A stretch of DNA of 64,000 nt from an uncultured Actinomycetes bacterium (GTDB lineage: Bacteria > Actinomycetota > Actinomycetes > Streptosporangiales > Streptosporangiaceae), in contig CAWIMG010000021.1 in NCBI GenBank assembly GCA_963837105.1, positions 1 to 64,000 of the forward strand, in the 5' to 3' direction. A model generated the notes under the pieces. It worked only from the letters and a program-made list of their open reading frames with translations. It did not search any database and was not told the DNA's origin. Shown here in pieces: positions 10,516 to 20,886 of this stretch. The position numbers and the translations under genes are program-made. Every line of letters starts with the position of its first letter. Within the stretch, counting starts at the first letter, position 1.

Positions 10516-11019
10516 TCAGCTCTCCTGCTGCTGGCTGGGGACAAGTTCGCCGCGCAGCGACGCAAGGGCACGGGCCAGATGTGCCTTGACCGTGCTGGGG
10601 GCGACCCCGAGCACCTCCGCGGTGCGCCCGGTGTCGAGATCGAGGAACAGCCGCAGGGCGACCACCTGCCGCTGCCGTGGCGGCAGCCGCAGCAGGGCCG
10701 CCATGATCCGCGGATCGACCGTGCTGGCCGCGGTCCCGTCCGGGGCGGGCCGGTCCGCCACCGTCTCCGGATCGGCTACCGGCACCTCCCGGCGCCGCCG
10801 CCGCCAGCGCGAGATGTTCATGTTCAGCGCGGTGCGGACCACCCATGCCGCCGGGGCCGGATGCCTGCCAACGGTGCGCCACGAGGCACAGGCCCGGGCG
10901 AAGGCCTCATCCACCAGATCCTGCGCCCGGTCCTGGCTGCCGACGGTGACCAGCACGGTGCGCAGGCAGTCATCCTTGGCCTGGTGATAGAACTCCGCGA
11001 AGTCCAATGGGCTGCCCAC
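10516..11019 (-). CDS. ECF (sigma-70 family) RNA polymerase sigma factor
   Basis: Region 2 (DLVDEAFARACASW) and region 4 HTH (GRTAEVLGVAPSTVKAHLARALASLR). Confidence 0.85.
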   Translation of the reverse strand: MGSPLDFAEFYHQAKDDCLRTVLVTVGSQDRAQDLVDEAFARACASWRTVGRHPAPAAWVVRTALNMNISRWRRRRREVPVADPETVADRPAPDGTAASTVDPRIMAALLRLPPRQRQVVALRLFLDLDTGRTAEVLGVAPSTVKAHLARALASLRGELVPSQQQES

Positions 11020-11120
11020 ACCTACTCAACGCACGACGGCCGGATCCGGACTACCGGCCGCTACGCACCGGCGGCCGGCTCACCCGGCCGTGGCTGCCCG
11101 CTCCCCTACACTGCTTCCCC

Positions 11121-11600
11121 ATGAGCACCGAGACCGAACTGCTGCTGTCCTCCCTGCACAACCAGCGCGAGCACGTGCTCGGCATCCTGGAAGGCCTGAC
11201 CGACGAGGACCTGCGGCGGGCGGTGCTGCCCTCGGGCTGGTCCTGCCTCGGGCTGGTCCGGCATCTCGCGCTCGACGTGGAGCGATTCTGGTTCCGCTCG
11301 GTGGTGGCTGGAGAGCAGGTCGAACTGGAGCCCGGCAGTGCCTGGCAGGTGGGCCCGGACGTGCCGGCGCAGGACGTGCTCAGCCTGTACCAGCGGGAGG
11401 CGGAACTGGCGGACGGCATCATCTCCGCCACCTCGCTGGACGCCGCCCCGGTGAACTGGCCCGACTTCTTCGGCAGCTGGCGGCTGGAGAACCTGCGGGC
11501 GATCATCCTGCATGTGATCACCGAGACCGCGACCCACGCGGGCCACCTCGACGCCGTGCGCGAGCTCATCGACGGCCACACGTGGCTTATCCTCACTTAG
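11121..11600 (+). CDS. DinB_2 / DUF664 family protein (mycothiol-dependent transferase-like four-helix bundle)
   Basis: MSTETELLLSSLHNQREHVLGILEGLTDEDL...H..ETATHAGHLD pattern; ATG inside ORF 11007..11600. Confidence 0.65.
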   Translation: MSTETELLLSSLHNQREHVLGILEGLTDEDLRRAVLPSGWSCLGLVRHLALDVERFWFRSVVAGEQVELEPGSAWQVGPDVPAQDVLSLYQREAELADGIISATSLDAAPVNWPDFFGSWRLENLRAIILHVITETATHAGHLDAVRELIDGHTWLILT

Positions 11601-11628
11601 CGGCCCCTCTTGGCGCCCGCGCAGCCGC

Positions 11629-12003
11629 TCACGCGGTCAGCAGCGGTATCCCATAGTCGTCGAACCGTTTGTCACGCGTCACGACCGTCAGCCCCTCCGC
11701 CAGCGCTTGGGCGATCAGCATCCGGTCAAACGGGTCCTCGTGGTGGCGGGGAAGGTGCCCCGCTGCCACTGCGTGCGCGACGCTGATGGGCAACGGCTCG
11801 AATCCGCCTGCCTCCAACTGATGCTCCAGATCATCTGGAGCGGCCAGCTTGCCCAGCGCCTTCTTGATGGAGATCTCCCAGGCACTCGCCGCCGAGACGG
11901 CGACCAGGTTAGCCGGGTCTGCGACTGCCTCCCGGGCCCGCGCCGACAGGCCCTCATCGGCTAGCCACCAGAGCAGTGCATGCGTATCCAGCAACAGCCT
12001 CAT
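11629..12003 (-). CDS. vapC: VapC PIN-domain toxin (type II TA)
   Basis: MRLLLDTHALLWW...; PIN acidic residues; 4-bp overlap with the upstream antitoxin gene. Confidence 0.85.
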   Translation of the reverse strand: MRLLLDTHALLWWLADEGLSARAREAVADPANLVAVSAASAWEISIKKALGKLAAPDDLEHQLEAGGFEPLPISVAHAVAAGHLPRHHEDPFDRMLIAQALAEGLTVVTRDKRFDDYGIPLLTA

Positions 12004-12245
12004 GGCCGCTCGCCGCGGAACGCGGCGCCAATCTCAGCTGGCAGTTCGTCGAAGTCTGCGGCGATGACGACTTTGCCACGCCAGCCTCCCGGCGTGCGGG
12101 GGCGCAAGGACGGCCCGGCCAGTGCCACCAGCCGCGCCACTGGCCGCCCGGCCCGCGCGATGATGATCTCTTCCCCGGCGGCGGCCCGGTCAAGCAGCTG
12201 CGACAAATGGGTCTTGGCCTGGTAAACGTTCACGCTCTCGGTCAT
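12000..12245 (-). CDS. vapB: VapB / Phd-type antitoxin
   Basis: 81 aa; MTESVNVYQAKTHLSQLLDRAAAGEEIIIARAGRPVARLV is a classic antitoxin N-terminus. Confidence 0.8.
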   Translation of the reverse strand: MTESVNVYQAKTHLSQLLDRAAAGEEIIIARAGRPVARLVALAGPSLRPRTPGGWRGKVVIAADFDELPAEIGAAFRGERP

Positions 12246-12295
12246 GCTCCTAGTCTATCTTATTTGGTCTAGTCTGGTCAGGTCATAATTTCACC
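12246..12295 (-). promoter_or_regulatory. Putative vapBC operator: direct TAGTCT / GGTC repeats abutting the vapB SD and start
   Basis: tagtctatcttatttggtctagtctggtcaggtca: TAGTCT twice 19 bp apart, GGTC four times. Confidence 0.4.
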
Positions 12296-12319
12296 CGTGA
12301 GCGGGCCCACCGCCCGCGC

Positions 12320-12350
12320 TTGACCCTGACGTAGCGGGAGGCGGCACAGT
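12320..12350 (+). promoter_or_regulatory. MerR-type promoter: -35 TTGACC, 19-nt spacer, -10 CACAGT, ending 6 nt before the GTG start (probably a leaderless transcript)
   Basis: A 19-bp spacer is the hallmark of MerR-regulated promoters; layout resembles ptipA. Confidence 0.5.
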
Positions 12351-12356
12351 GGTCCC

Positions 12357-13121
12357 GTGGACGGATACACGGTCGGCGAGCTGGCCCGGATGTCGCACGT
12401 GTCGGTGCGCACGCTGCACCACTACGACAGCATCGGGCTGCTGACCCCGGGCGGCCGGACCGCGGCCGGGTACCGGCTGTACTCCGACGGCGACCTCCGG
12501 CGGCTCCGGCAGATCCTGTTCTACCGGGAACTGGAGTTCGGGCTGGGCGAGATCGCCGGGATGCTGGCCGCCCCGGACGCCGGGACCGACGACCACCTGC
12601 GCCGGCAGCACCGGCTGCTGCGCCAGCGGCGGGCCCGCGCCGGGGCACTGCTCGCTGCTCTGGACAAGGAGATGGAGGCACGCAAGATGGGCATCTCGCT
12701 CACGCCCGAGGAGCAGTTCGAGATCTTCGGCACCGACAAGCTCGGCGAGTACACCGCCGAAGCCGAGCAGCGCTGGGGCGGCACCGACGCCTGGCGGGAG
12801 TCGGCGCGCAAGACGGCGGCCTACACCAAGGACGACTGGATCGCTATCAAGGCCGGGGCGGACCGCAGCATCGCCGGCTTCACGGCCGCGATGCGGGCCG
12901 GCGAGCCACCGGCCGGGACCGTCGCCATGGACCTGGCAGAGGCGCACCGGCAGCACATCTGCCGCTGGTTCTACGACTGCGGGTACCCCCAGCACCGCGG
13001 CCTGGCCGAGCTGTACACCTCCGATCCCCGGTACACGGCCACCTATGACGAGATCGAGCCCGGCTTCTCCCAGTACGTCCACGACGCGATCATGGCCAAC
13101 GCCGACCGTGCAGCTGGCTAA
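12357..13121 (+). CDS. MerR-family regulator with a TipAS antibiotic-recognition domain (TipAL/Mta-like)
   Basis: N-terminal HTH YTVGELARMSHVSVRTLHHYDSIGLL; C-terminal TipAS-like domain; GTG start. Confidence 0.85.
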   Translation: MDGYTVGELARMSHVSVRTLHHYDSIGLLTPGGRTAAGYRLYSDGDLRRLRQILFYRELEFGLGEIAGMLAAPDAGTDDHLRRQHRLLRQRRARAGALLAALDKEMEARKMGISLTPEEQFEIFGTDKLGEYTAEAEQRWGGTDAWRESARKTAAYTKDDWIAIKAGADRSIAGFTAAMRAGEPPAGTVAMDLAEAHRQHICRWFYDCGYPQHRGLAELYTSDPRYTATYDEIEPGFSQYVHDAIMANADRAAG

Positions 13122-13129
13122 GAGGCCCT

Positions 13130-13438
13130 CTAAAGATCTTCCAGCTCGTAGATCATGCTCTGCACCCCGCCGGTCGCCAGGATCGGCACGTCCGCTCCCG
13201 TCGCCTGCCCGATGGGCGATGCGAACGCGGCCCGCAGCGCGTCCATGTCGTCCCAGTCCAGCTCCGCGACGAGGTGGAACGGCTCACCGCCGCGCACCCC
13301 TGACAGCGGGCCGCGGCTGATCGAGTAACGGCGCAGGCCCGGCAGCTGCCTGGCCAGCGGAATGTGCACCTCCCGGTAGTGGCGCTCGAACTCCTCGGGG
13401 TCGGCCGGTGTGCGGTACAGCACGAGAAACCTCACCAT
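13130..13438 (-). CDS. EthD-family protein (TIGR02118-like)
   Basis: 102 aa; MVRFLVLYRTPADPEEFERHYREVHIPLA; last gene of the operon. Confidence 0.6.
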   Translation of the reverse strand: MVRFLVLYRTPADPEEFERHYREVHIPLARQLPGLRRYSISRGPLSGVRGGEPFHLVAELDWDDMDALRAAFASPIGQATGADVPILATGGVQSMIYELEDL

Positions 13439-13460
13439 GAGCGCATGGTAACCACCGGCG

Positions 13461-14456
13461 TCACACCGACCCGATCACCTGGCTGGCGTAGGCGTCCAGG
13501 GTCGCGTCCGCGTCATCGTGCATCAGGTAGACGCTGAAATTGTCGGCGCCGATCTCCCGCAGCTCTGCGAGCCGCTCCCGGTGCCGTTCCGGCGGCCCCA
13601 GCAGGCAGAACCGGTCCACGATGTCGTCCGGCACGAAGTCGGTTGACGGGTTGCCCGCCTTGCCGTGGTGAGAGTAGTCGTAACCATGCCGCGCCCGGAT
13701 GTAGTCGGTCAGCGCGCGCGGCACCACGTCCCCGGTGTTGCCGTAGCGGGCGACCAGATCCGCCACGTGGTTGCCGACCATGCCGCCGAACCAGCGGGTC
13801 TGGTCGCGCATGTGCGGGTAGTCGTCGCCGACGTAGGCGGGCGCCGCGACGCAGACCGTCAGCTCGGCCGGGTCCCGCCCGGCGGCCGCCGCCGCCGCCC
13901 GGGCAGCACCGATCGTCCACCTGGCGATGTCGGGGTCGGCGCACTGGAGAATGAACCCGTCCGCATGCTCCCCGCATACCTTGAGCGCCTTCGGCCCGTA
14001 GGCAGCCATCCACACCTCCAGCCGCCCGTCGTGCACCCACGGGATGCGGACCTTGGTGCCGTCGTAGTCCACCTCCCGGCCCTCGGCCAGATCCCTGATC
14101 ACGCCGATGGCGTGCGCCAGGGTCGCCAGCGAGGACGGAGTGCGGCCCAGCACCCGCATGGCGGAATCACCCCGGCCGATGCCGCACACCGTCCGGTTGC
14201 CGAACATGTCGTTCAGCGTCGCGAACAGCGAGGCGGTTACCGACGGCTCCCGCGACAGCGGGTTGGTCACCATCGGGCCGACCTTCACCCTGGTGGTGGC
14301 GGCCAGGATCTGCGAGTAGATGACGAACGGCTCCTGCCAGAGCACGGACGAGTCGAACGTCCAGACGTGGCTGAAACCGCCCGCGTCGGCCCGCTGGGCC
14401 AGGTCGATGACCCGCCGGGCCGGCGGGTCGGTCTGCAGCACCAAGCCGATATCCAT
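13461..14456 (-). CDS. Luciferase-like (LLM) F420-dependent oxidoreductase
   Basis: 331 aa TIM-barrel LLM family; sits between the hydantoinase gene and ethD with 9- and 22-bp gaps. Confidence 0.8.
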   Translation of the reverse strand: MDIGLVLQTDPPARRVIDLAQRADAGGFSHVWTFDSSVLWQEPFVIYSQILAATTRVKVGPMVTNPLSREPSVTASLFATLNDMFGNRTVCGIGRGDSAMRVLGRTPSSLATLAHAIGVIRDLAEGREVDYDGTKVRIPWVHDGRLEVWMAAYGPKALKVCGEHADGFILQCADPDIARWTIGAARAAAAAAGRDPAELTVCVAAPAYVGDDYPHMRDQTRWFGGMVGNHVADLVARYGNTGDVVPRALTDYIRARHGYDYSHHGKAGNPSTDFVPDDIVDRFCLLGPPERHRERLAELREIGADNFSVYLMHDDADATLDAYASQVIGSV

Positions 14457-14465
14457 GACGCCCCC

Positions 14466-15863
<1,398 letters not shown>

Positions 15864-15874
15864 GGCTCCCCCGG

Positions 15875-16717
15875 TTATGGCTGGGCCAGCGGGCCGTAGG
15901 TGTCGGGCCGCCGGTCCCGGTAGAACTGCCACAGGTGCCGGACCTCCGCCAGCATCCCCATGTCCAGGTCCCGGACCACGACCTCTTCCTCGGTGTCCGA
16001 CGCGGTGCCACCCATGATCTGCCCGCGCGGGTCGGCGAAGTAGGACGAGCCGTAGAAGTCGTTGTCGCCCAGCGGCTCCACCCCGACCCGGTTGATGGTG
16101 CCGACGAAGTACTCATTGGCGACCGCCGCGCTGGTCTGCTCCAGCCGCCACAGGTACTCCGACAGCCCCCGGCTGGTCGCCGACGGGTTGAACACGATCT
16201 TGGCACCGGCCAGGCCGAGCGCCCGCCAGCCCTCCGGGAAGTGCCGCTCGTAGCAGATGTACACACCGATCCGGCCGACCGCGGTGTCGAACACCGGGTA
16301 GCCGAGATTGCCGGGACGGAAGTAGTACTTCTCCCAGAACCCCTTCACCTGCGGGATGTGGTTCTTGCGGTGCTTGCCGAGGAACGTGCCGTCGGCGTCG
16401 ATCACCGCCGCCGTGTTGTAGTAGACGCCGTCCTGTTCCGCCTCATAGACCGGCACGATCAGCACCATGTTCAGCTCGCGGGCCAGGTCGCGCATCAGCC
16501 GGACGGTCGGGCCGTCCGGCACCGGCTCCGCCCAGTTGTACCACTGCGGCTCCTGCACCTGGCAGAAGTACGGGCCGAAGAAGAGTTCCTGCAGGCAGGT
16601 GACCCGGGCACCCTGGGCCGCGGCGTCCCGCACCGCCGCCACGGCGTTCTTCACCATCGAATCCTTGTCGCCGGTCCACTTCTGCTGGACCAGGGCGGCA
16701 CGTACGACATCGGCCAT
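15875..16717 (-). CDS. N-carbamoyl (beta-alanine / D-amino-acid) amidohydrolase, nitrilase superfamily
   Basis: CN-hydrolase fold with Glu-Lys-Cys triad region (IGVYICYERHFPE); strong SD AGAGGAG upstream of the ATG (MADVVRAALVQQ). Confidence 0.8.
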   Translation of the reverse strand: MADVVRAALVQQKWTGDKDSMVKNAVAAVRDAAAQGARVTCLQELFFGPYFCQVQEPQWYNWAEPVPDGPTVRLMRDLARELNMVLIVPVYEAEQDGVYYNTAAVIDADGTFLGKHRKNHIPQVKGFWEKYYFRPGNLGYPVFDTAVGRIGVYICYERHFPEGWRALGLAGAKIVFNPSATSRGLSEYLWRLEQTSAAVANEYFVGTINRVGVEPLGDNDFYGSSYFADPRGQIMGGTASDTEEEVVVRDLDMGMLAEVRHLWQFYRDRRPDTYGPLAQP

Positions 16718-16784
16718 GCCGGTCTCCTCTCCTGGCTGGTCAGACGCTGCTGGCCGGCCCGCCTCCCCTGGGACGCGGCCTCGC

Positions 16785-18086
16785 CTACCCATCATCTCCC
16801 TGGCCGCCACCGGCGGTCACCCCGGGCCGGTGATCTTCGGTGTCCAGTGCCAGAGCCCGGCCGCTGCCCTGCTGCCCGGCCGGCACCGTCCGGCCCTTCC
16901 ACTCCCCGCCACGGCCCGCGTAGTGACGGTGGGCGGAGTCCACCGTCATGGCCGTGTAGAGCAGGGCGATGGCGGGCAGGCAGGGCGCACGCAGCGGGGA
17001 CAGCCGGTACAGCCGGAGCACCGGGACGAAGCTCGCCGTCATCAGTGCCCATCCCACCAGGCCGGCCACCGCACAGCACCAGGCCGGCGGGCCGCCACCA
17101 GCCAGCCCGGCCACCAGGCCGCCAATGGCAGCGGCCGGGGGCAGCAGGTAGAGCCAGCACAGGCCGGCCACCGTCCCGGCCAGCAGGGCGGGCGAGTACC
17201 GCAGCTGGGTGTAGGCGCTGCGGGCGACCATCTGCCACAGTTCAGCCAGCCCGGCATAGGCCCGCCGGCTGTGCACCGCGGTGGTGAAGCCGAGCCAGCA
17301 CCGCGCCCGGCCCGGCCCGCGCTTGAGCAGCCGGGCCAGGGCCACGTCGTCGATCCGGGCGCCGGCCATGCGGGCGAATCCACCGGCCGCGGCCAGCGTC
17401 TCGCGCCGCACCAGCATGCAGCCGCCCGCGGCCGCCGCCGTGGCCGAACCCGGCTGCCCGGCCCGGCGGAACGGGTACAGCTGGGCGAAAAAGTAGACGA
17501 ACGCGGGCACGATCCACCGCTCCCAGCCGGTCTCCGCCCGCAGCATGGCCATCTGGGAGACCAGGTCCCGGTCGCCGGCCCGGGCGGAACGCACCAGGGC
17601 CGCCAGCGTGCCCGGCCCGAACGCGATGTCGGCGTCGGTGAACAGCAGGTCATCGCAATCCCCGGCGGCGGCCACCCCCTGGGCCATCGCCCACACCTTG
17701 CCTGCCCAGCCGGGTGGCAGCGGGCGGCCGGCCACCACCCGCAGCGCAGCCCGGCCCGCGGCCTGCCCGGCCAGCGCCGCCGCGGCGGCACCGGTGCCGT
17801 CACTGCTGCCGTCATCGACCAGCAGCACCGAGAACTCACCGGGGTAGTCCTGGGCCAGCAGTGTGGGCAGCGTCTCCGGCAGGATCGCTGCCTCGTCCCG
17901 GGCTGGCACCACCGCGGTCACCGACGGCCACCGATCCGGATCCGGCGCGTCAGCGGGACCGGGCAGGCGCACGTCCGTGCGCCAGAACCCGCCGTGCCCG
18001 GCCACCAGGTACACCCATGCCACCGCCGCCAGCACGCACATGCCAACCAGCACCAGCAAGGAGCCTCCCCCGATGATCCGGAACAC
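16785..18086 (-). CDS. Family 2 glycosyltransferase with C-terminal TM helices
   Basis: VTAVVPARDEAAILPETLPTLLAQDYPGEFSVLLVDDGSSDGT...LLFTDADIAF (GT-A DxD region), then multiple TM segments. Confidence 0.75.
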   Translation of the reverse strand: MFRIIGGGSLLVLVGMCVLAAVAWVYLVAGHGGFWRTDVRLPGPADAPDPDRWPSVTAVVPARDEAAILPETLPTLLAQDYPGEFSVLLVDDGSSDGTGAAAAALAGQAAGRAALRVVAGRPLPPGWAGKVWAMAQGVAAAGDCDDLLFTDADIAFGPGTLAALVRSARAGDRDLVSQMAMLRAETGWERWIVPAFVYFFAQLYPFRRAGQPGSATAAAAGGCMLVRRETLAAAGGFARMAGARIDDVALARLLKRGPGRARCWLGFTTAVHSRRAYAGLAELWQMVARSAYTQLRYSPALLAGTVAGLCWLYLLPPAAAIGGLVAGLAGGGPPAWCCAVAGLVGWALMTASFVPVLRLYRLSPLRAPCLPAIALLYTAMTVDSAHRHYAGRGGEWKGRTVPAGQQGSGRALALDTEDHRPGVTAGGGQGDDG

Positions 18087-18121
18087 TTGTACGCGCTATG
18101 CGCGGAAAAGTCTTCCGGCGG

Positions 18122-19312
18122 TCAGGACTTCCGTGGTTCCGCGCCTTCGATGGCCGGCTGGCCGGCCGGTTCGGGTGAGGCCGCACCATTGGCCGCGGCC
18201 CGTTCCGGCGCGGCGGCCCGTTCCGGTGATGACGCCAGGTTCTGCTTGACCGACTCCAGGATGGTCAGGCCCTGAGCGACCAGGCCCGCGGCCAGCTCGC
18301 TGAGTCCCTCAGCGCCGTTGAGCACGTTGACGTTGGCCCCGGCCAGGCCGCCGGCCGCTTCCTTGACGATCTGCGGGAGCTGATCGATCAGCATCCTGTC
18401 CAGTGCGACCCGGTCGTTCGACGCAGCCGCCTCGGCCTGGATCCGCATCCGTTCCGCGTCCGCCCTGGCGATGATGCGGACCCGCTCCGCCTCCGCCTCG
18501 GCCGGCTTGACCACCTCGGCGACCAGCTGTCGCTCGCGCAGCTCGGCCTGCTGCCGGGCCAGCTCGGCCTGGGCGGCGATGACCTCCAGCTGGGCCTGTG
18601 CCTGGGTGAGCGGCCCCATCTGCGCGGCCTTGGCCTGCGCCTGGTCGACCTCGGCCTTGTACTGGGCCTGCACGACCGCTGTCTGCCGGGCGTATTCGGC
18701 CTTCTTGCGCTCAGCTTCCTGCTGCGCTTCGGCGGCCTGCTGGGTGGCCTGTGCCTGGGCGATCTGCGCCTGCCGCTGGATGGCCGCGTTGTGCGGGGCG
18801 GCCATCGCGTCGATGTAGCCGGAGTTCATGTCATCAATGGACTGGATCTGCAGTGAGTCCACGGTCAGGCCGATCTTGGCCATTTCCGCCTTGGAGCCGT
18901 CCAGCACCTCCGTCGCCAGTTTCTGCCGTTCGGTGACGATCTCCTCGACCGTCATCGACCCGATGATCGAGCGCAGGTGGCCGGCGAAGATGCGGCCGGT
19001 GAGGGTGGACATCTGGTCCTGGTCGGACAGGAACCGCTGGCCCGCGTTGACGATGCTCTCGTCGTCGTTGCCGACCTTGAACGCGATGACAGACCGGACG
19101 TTCAGCGAGATGCCCTGCCGGGTCACGCAGGTCTCGGCGACCTCGGACTCACACATCGCCAGGGTGAGATAGCGGGCCTTGCGGAAGAGCGGCAAGACGA
19201 ACGCGCCATGGCCGACCACGACCCGGAACGGTGCGCCAGTGCCGCCCCGCCAGCGCCTGCCGCCGGAGATCAGCATGGCCTGGTCGGGGGCGGGGACACG
19301 GTAACCAAACAT
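18122..19312 (-). CDS. Flotillin-family SPFH/Band-7 protein
   Basis: SPFH domain followed by a long Ala/Gln/Glu-rich coiled coil (AQAQATQQAAEAQQEAERKKAEY...). Confidence 0.8.
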   Translation of the reverse strand: MFGYRVPAPDQAMLISGGRRWRGGTGAPFRVVVGHGAFVLPLFRKARYLTLAMCESEVAETCVTRQGISLNVRSVIAFKVGNDDESIVNAGQRFLSDQDQMSTLTGRIFAGHLRSIIGSMTVEEIVTERQKLATEVLDGSKAEMAKIGLTVDSLQIQSIDDMNSGYIDAMAAPHNAAIQRQAQIAQAQATQQAAEAQQEAERKKAEYARQTAVVQAQYKAEVDQAQAKAAQMGPLTQAQAQLEVIAAQAELARQQAELRERQLVAEVVKPAEAEAERVRIIARADAERMRIQAEAAASNDRVALDRMLIDQLPQIVKEAAGGLAGANVNVLNGAEGLSELAAGLVAQGLTILESVKQNLASSPERAAAPERAAANGAASPEPAGQPAIEGAEPRKS

Positions 19313-19323
19313 GGTCAGGCTCC

Positions 19324-19656
19324 TCAGACAGCCTTGTCAGGAAAGGGATCCAGCGGGTCGGTCCATTCGCTGACGTCCACCGACCGGCTGCCGCGGGACT
19401 CGATGACCAGGACGGTCGCGCCCTTCGGGATCGGGTCGATGGACCAGGCGAGATAGGCCTCGGTGCCGCCCCGGATCTTGAGCAGCACCTCACCCGGGCC
19501 GGCCTGGCCGCGGGTGGCGATCAGCAGCACGCCGATGGCCCCAATCAGGGACTGATCCCCAGGCACCGTCCGCACTCCCTCGCGCCACTGGGAAACTGGC
19601 TCACACCCTATCCCGCTGGCCGTCGTCCGCTCCTGGCCCGGCCAAACCATGATCAT
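19324..19656 (-). CDS. NfeD-like OB-fold protein; N-terminus uncertain
   Basis: C-terminal GEVLLKIRGGTEAYLAWSIDPIPKGATVLVIESRGSRSVDV is NfeD OB-fold-like; directly upstream of the flotillin gene. The N-terminus may be truncated or frameshifted. Confidence 0.45.
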   Translation of the reverse strand: MIMVWPGQERTTASGIGCEPVSQWREGVRTVPGDQSLIGAIGVLLIATRGQAGPGEVLLKIRGGTEAYLAWSIDPIPKGATVLVIESRGSRSVDVSEWTDPLDPFPDKAV

Positions 19657-19854
19657 GGAAAGACGGAATAGGCCGGCGGGCGCGGCTGTTACATCGGTCG
19701 CTGGTGTGCTTGTGTCCCCCGGGCCGCATCCACAACTGCCGTCGCGGACTACCGTCCGGCTGGAGCCGCGGTGTGCTTCTCGCCGAGGAGGCGACCACAC
19801 ACCAGCCTGACGAAGCCCCTGCGAGCCCGCTCCAGGGGCTTCGTCATGCCGGGA

Positions 19855-20837
19855 TCACTCAGGCGCGGCCGGCCAGGCGAACCCCGTCGCCGCCGTGATG
19901 TCGCCCGGCCGTGGCAGCGCCGCCTGCGCCCCGCGCCGGGTGGTCGCCGCCGCACCCGCGGCACAGGCCGCGCGCACCGCGGTGGCCGGGCCGGCCCGGC
20001 CGCCACCGCCACGGCCAGCGCCGCCACGAACGCGTCGCCGGCCCCGACGCTGTCCACGCTGGCCACTGCGAACCCGGGCACCATCACCAGCGGCCCAGCG
20101 CCGCCAACCACGGCCCCGGCGGCTCCCAGCGTGATGACCACCTGCCGGGCACCGAGCCTGGCCAGGGCCGCGACCGCGGCCGCGAGCCCGTCCCCGGTCA
20201 CCGGGCGGCCCAGCACCGCGGCCGCTTCCTGCTCGTTGACCACCAGCCAGTCCACCCCGATGGCGAGCAGATCCGCTGCCCCGTCGGGCGCGGGTGCCAG
20301 ATTCAGCACGCAGGGCAGGCCGACTGTCCGCGCCCGGTCCAGCACCGCCGCGACCAGCGCGGCCGGGATCTCCGCCGACAGCACCAGCACGTCACAGGGC
20401 GCGGCCAGGGCCGCCGCCGCCTCAGGGTCCCCGGCCATGGCGTTCGCACCGGCCGCCGCCGCGATCGCGTTCTCGCCCGAACCGTCCACGGTGATCAGGG
20501 CCAGCCCGGACGTGACCCCCGCGACCGCCCGCACCGCGGTGACGTCCACCCCCTCGGCGGCCAGCCCGGCCCGCAGCCGGGCACCGAACTCGTCCGCGCC
20601 GCAGCAGCCCACCATCCGCACCGCCGCGCCCAGCCGGGCCGCGGCCACCGCCTGGTTGGCGCCCTTGCCGCCACCGCCGACATCGGCTCCGGCCGCCGAC
20701 AGGACCGTCTCCCCGGCGCGCGGCAGATGCGGGACCAGCAGCGAGATATCGGTGTTCAGGCTGCCGACAACGGTCACCCGGGGACGCTGCCGGGTGAGGC
20801 CCAACCGCCAATCCGCCACCCGGTCATGATCAGCCAC
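19855..20837 (-). CDS. rbsK: Ribokinase (PfkB family) with an apparent C-terminal frameshift near 20000
   Basis: VTVVGSLNTDISLLVPHLPRAGETV...GGGKGANQAVAAARLG...GAGDAFVAALAVA. The true C-terminus (AAGAAATTRRGAQAALPRPGDI) is in another frame. Confidence 0.7.
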
Positions 20838-20886
20838 CGGGCCACTCCGGGCAAGGCCGTCTGCCCGTCCACCCGCTGCCGCGGAG

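Noticed and set aside
19657-19854. Possible additional small gene between the NfeD-like and ribokinase genes
   Set aside because: The ORFs listed there (19601..19798, 19704..19898) give junk-like translations; more likely the 5-prime region of the NfeD-like gene or a non-coding spacer
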